A DNA stretch of 64,000 nt from Candidatus Undinarchaeota archaeon (GTDB taxonomy: Archaea > SpSt-1190 > JASMDC01), in the NCBI GenBank assembly GCA_964519305.1, contig CAZFHY010000008.1, positions 83,195-147,194 on the forward strand. The letters run 5' to 3'. The notes below the pieces were generated by a model that was not told the origin of the DNA, did not search any database, and saw only the letters and a program-made list of their open reading frames with translations. The position numbers and the translations under genes are program-made. This document shows positions 39,268-47,953 of the stretch, one piece after another (positions within the stretch are counted from its first letter, which is position 1; every line of letters starts with the position of its first letter).

Positions 39268-42200
39268 TTAGTCGTCCGGACAATGGCTTAGCGCTGATTT
39301 GGCCGAGTCGCGGACCAGATCGAAGTCATCATCGAGCGCGGACTTCAACGCGGGGATAGCTGGTTCGATAAGGCTGGGATCCTTGGCAGCGAGGACATCA
39401 AGCGCGATCGCGACACTTGCTCTAATGTTACGATCCGTGTCAGAGAGTGCCTGCGAGAGGGGTCCAATAGCTAGTTTGATGATTTCAGGTCTCTTATCAC
39501 CGAAGGAAAAAAGGGCACTGACGGCTTCATCCCGAACATCAGCATTATCATCCTTGAGTAGATTGATGGTTGCGGGAACGACCGTGATGACTGACTCGGG
39601 ATCATCCCCACCTATATGGCTCAGGACTACTAAAGCAGCCTCCCGGACAGAAGGATCCTTGTTCTTCAATAATCTCTTGAGCGTGGGGATTGCTTTATTG
39701 GTACTTCCAGGATGCCTTATACTATACCAACGGAGGGCATAAGCGGCATCAACGATTGTCTGCACATCATCCGACATGAGGCCGTCAAGAAGAATCGGTA
39801 TATGTTCTGTTCCTGCGTCAGGATCCTTCTCGATGGTCTTGCGGAGCTCATGCAGCGATGATATTGGTTTGTCAGCATCTATAGGTTCTGTAGCGATGGT
39901 CTCTTCGACATCCTGCGGTGCTGTTTCATGCTTTACATCCTCTTCTTCGTCTTCTTCCTCCACTTCCTCTTCGTCTTCTTCCTCTTCTTCCTCCCCGATC
40001 ACGTGCGGGACCTTCGTGACGATCTCTGCTCCCGTTACCCTGGACCTCCACACCGCGATGAGAAGGGCCAGTATGACGATGGCGGCGATGACGCCGGGAT
40101 GGACCGGGTACTGAATCTTGCCGGACGGACCTGAGACGGTCTCCGGCTGAGCGGGCCCTTCTACGTCAGCAGCGAAGACGCGGTCAACATCGACCGTGCT
40201 CAGGTCGGCCCACGTGTTTATTGGAGTGCTGCCTTCTGTATCCTTGGATATGTCCACTCCTTCATCGAGAGCGAGACCTGATTCCACGTAAGAGATCTCG
40301 TGGGACCGGACCGTCCCCTTCACGATCCTGTTCGAGACCGTCGGTGATTCGTACACCCTGTCGTTGAGCATCATTCCTGCAGTAAGGTTATACTCCTCGA
40401 CCTCTTCATGGGCATCGTGCGCGCTCACGAACGTGGAGTATCCGATCTCGTATGGCACGTAGATGATCTCGGACCCTCCCTCCATATCATATGACGTCCG
40501 TGCATTGGGGATCTGGACCTCGTACTCGCCCGTCTCGTAGTTCATCCCCACATGCCTGCCCAACGAATCGACCACGTGGAGGTCGAGGTCTAACTGCTCA
40601 CCCTCGACCATCTGCACCCATGTCCTGGTTATGCCGAAGAGGACCTCGTTGACACAACTCCAGAACCCGGCGTATTCGAGAATGGCGTTTTCGGGGAGCA
40701 CGTTGCTCGCAAGACCCACGTGTTTGGCGGCTTTATCGGACAGGGAGAGGAAATAGCTCATCCTTTCGACCGCATCGATGCAGGCTTCGCCTTGATCGGT
40801 GAATCTGCCGTGCTTCTCATAGCACCGGGTCTTGAGCACATCCCTGTACTCGTGGATACGCGCCAGCTGGTCGAACTCTCCATAGCTGCCGCACATGAAC
40901 TCGAAGAAGTCGTGCTGCTCCGCACCTATCGAATCGAGCAGTGCCTTGTAATGACCTCTCATACAGTTGACGAAGGCCGCTCTAAGGTACTTGCGCGCGT
41001 CATCTTCATCGACACCCTCTTCCTTGACGATGTCGTTGACGACCGTCTTGCAGTCCTTGATCAGGCCGATGCTCTCGAAGCTCTTCTTCATGACGTGGGT
41101 GAACATGTCGTTGGCCTTGCAGGTGGTCCCTCCAGTACACCCGCGCTCATCGCTCACCGAACAGGACAGGTCGCACGTCCCCTTGACATAATACCCGCTC
41201 GATAGAAGGACATACGGGCATGCACAGTCGTTCTCGCTCGTGTAGCAGTTCTCGCCCAGGTTGGGCTCGCAACGATTATTGTCACGGCATACGCGCCTAG
41301 GTTTTTTCAGGGAGCGGAGACCGATGAGATACTCCCTGTGCTCCTCGTAGCTGTCGCTGTCCTTCAGGATACCTGGATCGCCGAAGTAGGAACAGTCCTG
41401 CGGGCAGTTAACGCACTCGCTGGGATTACAATTCCCGTCCCCACAGACGACGTCCGGGGGCATCCGGTCATGCTCAGAGAGCACTAGCAGCTCGAAATAT
41501 GTTTCGAAGGGGGATGATTTTGAAATGACGACCTCGCATGCCTGGCCGCGTTCCAGCCTCACTCGTTTCTCGATGTACTCGGGTATAATTCTATCAGAGA
41601 CCCAGCGACCGCATCCCGCGACGTTGATCTTGTACTCTGTGCCGAGGGTGAACATCGCGATCTTGTATATCCCCGTATCCCTTGCCTTGAACCCGTACCT
41701 GACCTCTTTCGTATCGAACTTTGCACAGAATTCCGCTGTTTCGCTGATGACACCGAGATTCCTGCCCGTGCATCTGACGGGAACAGGGCTTACTTCGGGG
41801 GGGCGTGGACAGTCGCGGGGACAACTCTCGTACGACTCGTCATCTTCACAGACCACGTTCCCGCAGTACTGCTCTACACAATTTCCCTCGAAACATAAGC
41901 CGTTGTCACAACCACAGTCCTCGCAGCAATTGGCCCTGGTCTCGTGCGTTCTGCACTCACCATCGCCGCAGACCTCGGTCCTGACCTCAACTGATATGTC
42001 GTCCAGTCCCCTGCTGTCCCAGTCCAGCTCAGCACCGTGGGCGATGCCCTCCCATCTGAAGATGCACGTCTCGTCAGAATCGTGCTGCAAGCTCTGGCAG
42101 ATGATATCCTCGTTGGAATCCACGATGCTCATCTTGTAGATGATGTCCCGTTCCTTAGTCCCGAACGTGCGGAAACTTATGATCCTCGGACCTGAAGGTA

Positions 42201-44940
42201 CGTATGATGAATCCGAGTCCATGAGCAGGTACCACTGGTCCCTTCCGAGTCCGTAGCAGTCACCGGAGAAGTACGGTTCCACGATGATCTTCCTGTTATC
42301 GTTCGATCTTGGACCACCGCACCCGTCGCTGACTTCCACGGACCAGGTATTGAAGGTGAAGGTGGCGAGGTATCCTTTGTCGATATTTCCGATCTCGATG
42401 ATGTACGTCTCCCCTCTGGCGAGCTCGGACTGCAGACTGCTCGAGCTCGCCGAGACACTAGACTTTTCTCCGACAATGTCGAGTTCAGAGTCCTTTATCA
42501 CGATACTGATACTCCGCTCCTTCTTGAACGAGCGGGCCTTTATGGCGAACGGGGTGTCCCGGAAAACGTGCACCTTGTAGAAGACCTTGTTGGCCTTTGG
42601 GGACAAGCACTTCGTCTCGATACCGTTGTAGCTTTCCTCGATCTCAACGACATCGCCGAAGTCCGTGCTGCCGCAGAGATTGAGCACAAGGGGCCCACAA
42701 AAACCTCCGTCGCATACCTCGCCATCGGGACACGCTTCTTCGGCCATGTACGGGCACCCGCTGTCGTCCGCCTTGCAGGTCCACTTTATCGTTTCCCCGT
42801 TGCATCCACTATCACCTGTCGAGCACGCCTCGATGCACATCGCATCCTTTTTCACACATTCTCCGTTCATGCATTTCTGACCGCTCCCGCAGTCGGTGTC
42901 CGCGCAGCACTCGTAGTCGCATGCCTGCTCGTCATCGCTGTCCACGCAGTGATGCTCGGGACCGCACTCTTGTCCGTTCGGGCAATGTGCTACCTCCTTA
43001 CAACATCGCTTTCCGCTTTCGCAGCAGACCTGTGCAATGCAGTTACCTGAACGGCACTCGTCATTATCGGAGCATGATTTGCCATTGTCAGCAAGGGGGG
43101 AGCATGTCTTTAATTCTGGTTGACAGTACCATCCTTCTTGGCAATTAACTGTATCTTCACAGCAGGTGATAAAATCCGGTTGGCATTTTCCCCCGCAACA
43201 GTTGTCAGAACCGCAATCTTCGTGCGATGAACAGGCTTGATACAGCGTTTTTTTCTCAACGGGCTCCGGTTCTTCACTGACAACGCAGATATGCTCTTTC
43301 TGGTCACAGTAATAGTCGCCCGGACAATCACCCGAGGATCGGCAGCAGTAGGACCCGTCCTGGCAGCAGAGACCGTTGTTGCAGTTGTTGGACGAGCACT
43401 CGTCGTCGGACGAGCACGACTCGCCGTCGTCCTTCTTCTCATCCTGGCAGCGTTTCGTGCTCCCGTCGCAGTCCAACGATGCACAGTGCGCATCGGCCGT
43501 GCAGCATACACCGCTGTCGATCGCGGGATCGCAGCAGATGCCCGTGGAGGTCCCAGAAGGGATGTAGCACTTCCTGCTCTCACATTCCGAGTTCGAATGA
43601 CATGTCTCGTACAGCTCGGCGAGGTCCGGTGTTTCGACGCATATCTTCGTGTTCGTGTTGCAGTCACCTGAATCGCAGTGGTCATCAGAGGTACAGCATT
43701 TCGCGTACAAGGATTCGTATTTACAGCAGATCCCCGTACTCGCGCCGCTCTTCCGGTGGCAGTTGTCCGACTTGCAGTCAGCGTCCGACGAGCATGGTCC
43801 GTAGTTCTCCGCGCCCGAATAGGAACATGCGTGGTAATCGAGATCGCACACGTGGTTGCCCTGGAGGGGCTCGCAGTCGGCGTCGGTGTTACAGCAGTGG
43901 GGCTCGTCGAACGGATACATGCAGCACACGCGCTCGACAGGGCCTTGAGGGGAGGGCGTGGGCTTCTGTCTGCAATAGCTGTTCTCCCCCGCACAGTCGT
44001 CGTCCGACGTACAGGACCCGCCATCGGCAGCACCGGCGCTCACGCACGTCCCTTCCGAGCAGACCTTGTCGGGTGAGCAGTCAGTATCCATCTTCTTAAG
44101 GCAGTTGCCCTGCCGCGAGCAAGACCATCGTGTGTCACCGTCCGTGCATCCATAGCTCCCTTCGCCGCACTCGTCGTCACAAGCCGTGCAGTAGTGGTCG
44201 TCCCCGCAGTACTGACCCAAGGAACAGTGACCATCGCTTGTGCAGCACGTCTTCCCGGCAGCGCAGCAGATGCCGTTGCCGGCATTGGCCGACGCACATG
44301 CGTACTCGCGCACCGGATCGCCCGCAGGCTCGCCGTCCTCGGCCGGGCGCACGTTGCAGATGGCGTAGTCGAGTGCGTTGGCCGGGATGCTGTAGGAGGC
44401 GCAGTCGCCCTGAGGTCCGTAGTTACCGTATTCATCATCGTTCTGGTAGGCGAACCAGTAGTTGGTCCCGTCGGTGGCCTTCCACGCGTACGCCACGGGG
44501 CCGTCCCAGCCGGTGCCCTCCCAGCCAGGATCCACGTCCGACCTGTAGACCTCTGCGTGGTACATGGTCACCCCGCAGAACGTGTACACGGACTCATCGA
44601 AGACATCCCACTCAGAACGGGTGAACTGGGCCTCGAAATCAGCGAACCACGCAGCTCCGCCTGTGGTCCTGTGCTCGATGTACGATCCGTAGCATCTGCC
44701 GCTGGACCATATGCTGTCGATATCGGTCCTTCCGGGCGACATGGACGATGGCAGGCAGATGTGCGCGAAGTGAGGATTGGTCCTGCCTGCGCACACGAGC
44801 CCCGGGTCGCAGGTCACGTCGTTGTCATCGTGCTCATTGCAGAACCCGCCGATGCCGCTGGCAGCGAGAACGTCCGCGGATTGTAGGAATAACAGAACGA
44901 GAACAATGAATATAGGACTGAGGACCTTCCTTCCCACCAT
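39268..44940 (-). CDS. Giant Cys-rich single-pass surface protein with cytoplasmic HEAT repeats
   Basis: Signal peptide, many CxxDxxC...CC units, CGDGxC motifs, beta-sandwich-like segments, TM GVIAAIVILALLIAVW, poly-Glu linker, HEAT repeats. Confidence 0.9.
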   Translation of the reverse strand: MVGRKVLSPIFIVLVLLFLQSADVLAASGIGGFCNEHDDNDVTCDPGLVCAGRTNPHFAHICLPSSMSPGRTDIDSIWSSGRCYGSYIEHRTTGGAAWFADFEAQFTRSEWDVFDESVYTFCGVTMYHAEVYRSDVDPGWEGTGWDGPVAYAWKATDGTNYWFAYQNDDEYGNYGPQGDCASYSIPANALDYAICNVRPAEDGEPAGDPVREYACASANAGNGICCAAGKTCCTSDGHCSLGQYCGDDHYCTACDDECGEGSYGCTDGDTRWSCSRQGNCLKKMDTDCSPDKVCSEGTCVSAGAADGGSCTSDDDCAGENSYCRQKPTPSPQGPVERVCCMYPFDEPHCCNTDADCEPLQGNHVCDLDYHACSYSGAENYGPCSSDADCKSDNCHRKSGASTGICCKYESLYAKCCTSDDHCDSGDCNTNTKICVETPDLAELYETCHSNSECESRKCYIPSGTSTGICCDPAIDSGVCCTADAHCASLDCDGSTKRCQDEKKDDGESCSSDDECSSNNCNNGLCCQDGSYCCRSSGDCPGDYYCDQKEHICVVSEEPEPVEKKTLYQACSSHEDCGSDNCCGGKCQPDFITCCEDTVNCQEGWYCQPELKTCSPLADNGKSCSDNDECRSGNCIAQVCCESGKRCCKEVAHCPNGQECGPEHHCVDSDDEQACDYECCADTDCGSGQKCMNGECVKKDAMCIEACSTGDSGCNGETIKWTCKADDSGCPYMAEEACPDGEVCDGGFCGPLVLNLCGSTDFGDVVEIEESYNGIETKCLSPKANKVFYKVHVFRDTPFAIKARSFKKERSISIVIKDSELDIVGEKSSVSASSSSLQSELARGETYIIEIGNIDKGYLATFTFNTWSVEVSDGCGGPRSNDNRKIIVEPYFSGDCYGLGRDQWYLLMDSDSSYVPSGPRIISFRTFGTKERDIIYKMSIVDSNEDIICQSLQHDSDETCIFRWEGIAHGAELDWDSRGLDDISVEVRTEVCGDGECRTHETRANCCEDCGCDNGLCFEGNCVEQYCGNVVCEDDESYESCPRDCPRPPEVSPVPVRCTGRNLGVISETAEFCAKFDTKEVRYGFKARDTGIYKIAMFTLGTEYKINVAGCGRWVSDRIIPEYIEKRVRLERGQACEVVISKSSPFETYFELLVLSEHDRMPPDVVCGDGNCNPSECVNCPQDCSYFGDPGILKDSDSYEEHREYLIGLRSLKKPRRVCRDNNRCEPNLGENCYTSENDCACPYVLLSSGYYVKGTCDLSCSVSDERGCTGGTTCKANDMFTHVMKKSFESIGLIKDCKTVVNDIVKEEGVDEDDARKYLRAAFVNCMRGHYKALLDSIGAEQHDFFEFMCGSYGEFDQLARIHEYRDVLKTRCYEKHGRFTDQGEACIDAVERMSYFLSLSDKAAKHVGLASNVLPENAILEYAGFWSCVNEVLFGITRTWVQMVEGEQLDLDLHVVDSLGRHVGMNYETGEYEVQIPNARTSYDMEGGSEIIYVPYEIGYSTFVSAHDAHEEVEEYNLTAGMMLNDRVYESPTVSNRIVKGTVRSHEISYVESGLALDEGVDISKDTEGSTPINTWADLSTVDVDRVFAADVEGPAQPETVSGPSGKIQYPVHPGVIAAIVILALLIAVWRSRVTGAEIVTKVPHVIGEEEEEEDEEEVEEEDEEEDVKHETAPQDVEETIATEPIDADKPISSLHELRKTIEKDPDAGTEHIPILLDGLMSDDVQTIVDAAYALRWYSIRHPGSTNKAIPTLKRLLKNKDPSVREAALVVLSHIGGDDPESVITVVPATINLLKDDNADVRDEAVSALFSFGDKRPEIIKLAIGPLSQALSDTDRNIRASVAIALDVLAAKDPSLIEPAIPALKSALDDDFDLVRDSAKSALSHCPDD

Positions 44941-45077
44941 GGTTTCGGTTATGACCGGTCATTAATAAATAACAAAGCTCGGCAACGTTCCTGTCCGATT
45001 AAGCCGTTAAATCCGAACTGACCAAACTATAAAAACCAACAGCACTTATCCTCCAAACAACCGCAAGGCAATACCGA

Positions 45078-45151
45078 GCAGGGGTGGCAGAGCGGTTACG
45101 CCGCCGGCTGCAGACCGGCTTACCGGAGTTCAAATCTCTGCCCCTGCTCCA
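45078..45151 (+). tRNA. tRNA-Cys(GCA)
   Basis: GCAGGGG/CCCCTGC acceptor stem, U73, encoded CCA; anticodon arm GCCGG-CT-GCA-GA-CCGGC; TTCAAAT T-loop. Confidence 0.96.
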
Positions 45152-45190
45152 ATCCATCATCCCAGTCCGAGGTCCGGCCGGGGTGGGGCC

Positions 45191-45772
45191 TCAGGGCTTT
45201 CCCGGTTTGCCGGGTTCTATCTTTACCGGAGTGATCAGTGATCGCATGATAACAAGGAAGATATATGTGAACCCGAAACACAGGAACGGAATGACCATCG
45301 GCACCAGGACATGAACGAGGGTCGGTGATCCATAAGGCAGATAGGTCGCTCTTGTGGCCGGGGCCACGGCCATATCCCCCATATCAAAGAAGATGTTGAA
45401 CGAGATGATCCACTTGACGAAGGGGAACAGCCCTCCGAACCTCGATGGCAGATTATACTTTAGCGTGACGATCGCGGCAGAGATGGCGAACACACCCACG
45501 GTCAATCTGTTGTAGACTGTGCGATCGTGATCTTCGTTGTACTTGGGTCCGTGTCCCCCATCATGAGATGACGCGACCAATAATACGATTTGTAAGGGTA
45601 CCAGCACCAGAACAAGACCCATTTCATAACTATAACACGCCTCCTCGATGCCCTGGTAGCATGCTCGAACGGGTCCAGCGATGAACGTTAAGAAGAAAAG
45701 GACGGTCACGAGCATGAACCTGAACTTCCAGGTCCATACCTCTGGATGGTCCTCGTACACTGGCCGATGCAT
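45191..45772 (-). CDS. Hypothetical multi-TM membrane protein
   Basis: 193-aa ORF with 4-5 hydrophobic segments. Start uncertain. Confidence 0.6.
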   Translation of the reverse strand: MHRPVYEDHPEVWTWKFRFMLVTVLFFLTFIAGPVRACYQGIEEACYSYEMGLVLVLVPLQIVLLVASSHDGGHGPKYNEDHDRTVYNRLTVGVFAISAAIVTLKYNLPSRFGGLFPFVKWIISFNIFFDMGDMAVAPATRATYLPYGSPTLVHVLVPMVIPFLCFGFTYIFLVIMRSLITPVKIEPGKPGKP

Positions 45773-45821
45773 TCTTCTTCACACGTCCATCTGTCCTATC
45801 TAAGGGAGATCATGGAATTGC

Positions 45822-45871
45822 TTCCAACCCCGGTAAGAATATGAATTTCTTTCTTTTATATCTGGTTATGC
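45822..45871 (-). mobile_element. Short or degenerate attC-like site
   Basis: Minus strand GCATAAC...GTTGGAA bounding an imperfect AT-rich hairpin. At 50 bp it is short for an attC. Confidence 0.4.
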
Positions 45872-45959
45872 ACCAGCCCGTATATTGTTGATAATGTATG
45901 AATATTAGGATTGTGACCAAGATTAATAATAACGAGGACTGTATGAGAAGTCAGGATGA

Positions 45960-46133
45960 ATGACCATGGGTGATGAAGAATCTGAGTTATCTCTACAAAG
46001 TCTTTCATCCATGCTACCCTTCTTCCTTGGCATAGCCGTAGTATATGCTGGGATACAAACTCTAGATAGGAGAGTCCTGGTAATAGGATACGTCCTCCTT
46101 TTCGTATCAACGGTACGTTGGTATCAATCTTAA
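45960..46133 (+). CDS. Small 57-aa two-TM protein (cassette gene; not in ORF track)
   Basis: MTMGDEESELSLQSLSSMLPFFLGIAVVYAGIQTLDRRVLVIGYVLLFVSTVRWYQS. AT-rich; stop 10 nt before the repeat core. Confidence 0.55.
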   Translation: MTMGDEESELSLQSLSSMLPFFLGIAVVYAGIQTLDRRVLVIGYVLLFVSTVRWYQS

Positions 46134-46142
46134 CGGGCCAGC

Positions 46143-46285
46143 GCATAACAACCGGCCTTCTAGCTACGGGCCGCTGAGACGGCCCTCCGTCCACACGTCC
46201 CCGGGGGCCCTGGAGCCTGGCCGATCTGAACCTCGCATGAAATACGTGTCACGGGGCCGTGATCGGGGACACCGGACCGTTATAC
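46143..46285 (-). mobile_element. attC-like imperfect palindromic element, full copy A (143 bp)
   Basis: GCATAAC...GTTATAC termini, ATAAC/GTTAT and CCGG/CCGG pairing, further imperfect arm pairing. Homologous to partial copies at 46692, 47853 and 48666. Confidence 0.65.
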
Positions 46286-46297
46286 AAAAGACGGCCT

Positions 46298-46315
46298 TAT
46301 TGCTTTAAAGCAATA
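46298..46315. promoter_or_regulatory. Perfect 18-bp palindrome centred on a TATA-like box
   Basis: TATTGCTTT|AAAGCAATA about 25 nt upstream of the cupin ATG at 46333. Confidence 0.6.
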
Positions 46316-46332
46316 TGATTACAGCTCTAATC

Positions 46333-46668
46333 ATGTCGGAGTTCTTTCCACCCCCGATTTTATCATTACCAAAAGCCGATATCCCCTTTGATGGTGTCAA
46401 AGCACATTTATCACAAGGAGATAATCATCAGGTCCTTTTCATGCAATTTGAAAAGGGTGTCGAGGTTCCCGAGCACTCACACGAGGATCAATGGGGTGTT
46501 GTACTGGAAGGGAAGATTGAACTAACAATCTCCGGTAGAAAAAGGACATATCAAAAGGGAGACCGATATTATATCCCACATGGTGTCAAACACTCGGCTA
46601 AAGTATATGCCGGATATGCCGATATAACCTATTTCGATCAGAAAGACCGATATAAGAAAAAGGACTAA
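46333..46668 (+). CDS. Cupin domain protein (cassette gene)
   Basis: PEHSHEDQWGVVLEG...GDRYYIPHGVKHSA cupin motifs. AT-rich (24/60 GC in 46381-46440). Confidence 0.9.
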   Translation: MSEFFPPPILSLPKADIPFDGVKAHLSQGDNHQVLFMQFEKGVEVPEHSHEDQWGVVLEGKIELTISGRKRTYQKGDRYYIPHGVKHSAKVYAGYADITYFDQKDRYKKKD

Positions 46669-46691
46669 TTCAATTTCATTGGCCGTCCTTC

Positions 46692-46746
46692 GTATATCAA
46701 TCGGCCTTCTAGCTCCGGGCCACTGAGACGGCCTTCCGCCCACACG
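46692..46746 (-). repeat. Partial copy B of the attC-like element
   Basis: 48/55 identical to 46143-46197; core mutated (GTATATC). Confidence 0.85.
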
Positions 46747-46771
46747 CCACTGATCTTCTGAAGACTCGTGT

Positions 46772-46843
46772 TCCTAACGTCGCTTGAGTATGACTAAGCG
46801 GGGTCGCGTCTGTGAGCCCTTGACCATTATGCGTTCGTTAGCT
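46772..46843 (-). mobile_element. Second-type attC-like site (72 bp)
   Basis: CTAACGtCGC...GCGttCGTTAG terminal pairing with an imperfect inner stem. Confidence 0.45.
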
Positions 46844-46908
46844 CAAAATGTATTCCTATTAGTGGAGAAATGTATTTCCGCGATGGGACGTATGATTGGA
46901 ACCCGTGT

Positions 46909-47763
46909 CTACGATACCATCTCGAGGCAGGTCTTTCTCTGCGCGTTGCTCGTAATCTTCTCGCAGAGATCGGGAGTCTGATCGGCCACTGCCTTGTCGA
47001 AGTAGCACTTATTCCTTGAGTTCTGGTCCTTTAGATCATCACAGTTAGTGCCGCTCTCGCCTCCGCTCTCGCCTCCGCTCTCGCCTCCGCTCTCGCCTCC
47101 GCTCTCGCCTCCACTCTCGCCTCCGCCCCCGCTAGCCGCTGGGGCGGAGTCGCACAGGTTCGCGCAGTTCTGGTTCTGCTCGGGCTGCCTCGCACAGCAA
47201 TCCTCGCAGCTGATCTCCACATTAGCACCGCTGCCCATGGGGGGTGTGACCTTGAAGTGGAGCGAGCCACCGGGGAATTTGGCGATGTCGCCACAGGCCT
47301 TCTTCAATACGAAGTTCTTCGTACCACCAGCAGCCCACGCCTTGTTGAAGTCAGTGGTGATGCCCCACTCGGTCTCGTTAGCGAGGGGCACGTCGTTCGC
47401 GTAGAGCTTCATGTCCCACAGTTGATTGGCACGGATGGGGTTCTTGCCCCCGTTCTTCACCTCGAGGATGAGCTTGGCACCGTTCACGTTGGTCGTGGAC
47501 AATTCGCACTTGTTGTCAGATGCTGTACCGCAGAACCCGTTCTTCAGGTAGTCGACGGTCGGATAGATAGCCGTGATCTCGAGCTGGGTGTTCAGCACCT
47601 CGTCCATAGTCGTGGTTTCCTTCTTACTTGTGGTCATAGCATCTGATACGGTGTCCTTGAAGTACATGCCCACGAAGGATACGACCATGAGGCCGATGAC
47701 AAGGATGATGACGAGGATGATGGGCTGGGCCTGACCGCGTAGGGCTCTCGACCGGCGCACCAT
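46909..47763 (-). CDS. Pilin/archaellin-like protein with GGES linker and C-terminal Cys-pair repeats
   Basis: RGQAQPIILVIILVIGL class III signal, AGGAGG RBS, VKNGG motif, tail RNKCY...PDLCEKI...RKTC. Confidence 0.8.
   Translation of the reverse strand: MVRRSRALRGQAQPIILVIILVIGLMVVSFVGMYFKDTVSDAMTTSKKETTTMDEVLNTQLEITAIYPTVDYLKNGFCGTASDNKCELSTTNVNGAKLILEVKNGGKNPIRANQLWDMKLYANDVPLANETEWGITTDFNKAWAAGGTKNFVLKKACGDIAKFPGGSLHFKVTPPMGSGANVEISCEDCCARQPEQNQNCANLCDSAPAASGGGGESGGESGGESGGESGGESGGESGTNCDDLKDQNSRNKCYFDKAVADQTPDLCEKITSNAQRKTCLEMVS
47051..47122. repeat. 12-bp coding tandem repeat x6 (GGES)
   Basis: CCGCTCTCGCCT x5 plus CCACTCTCGCCT. Confidence 0.95.
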
Positions 47764-47852
47764 ATACCTCCTGTTAGGGAACATCCCGTTTGAAAAGGAA
47801 GCTCCTTGATTATTATATTTTGCACCGACTCAATAAAACACAAGCGTGCCCG

Positions 47853-47890
47853 GCTCCAGGCCGCTGAGACGGCTCCCCTCCGATCCGCAC
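47853..47890 (-). repeat. Partial copy C (left arm) of the attC-like element
   Basis: GCTCCAGGCCGCTGAGACGGC vs GCTACGGGCCGCTGAGACGGC in copy A. Confidence 0.75.
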
Positions 47891-47953
47891 CCAAAACCTA
47901 AGGTTAAAAACTGGCTCCTTTTTCCCGGGACGCTTAGTAGTTAGGTGGACACG

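Noticed and set aside
45856-46194. 112-aa minus-strand ORF in the track
   Set aside because: It starts inside repeat A and crosses cassette boundaries; the plus-strand 57-aa ORF fits the unit better.
46143-46746. CRISPR array interpretation of the repeats
   Set aside because: Few, long, degenerate copies separated by gene-sized units; no cas genes in the window.
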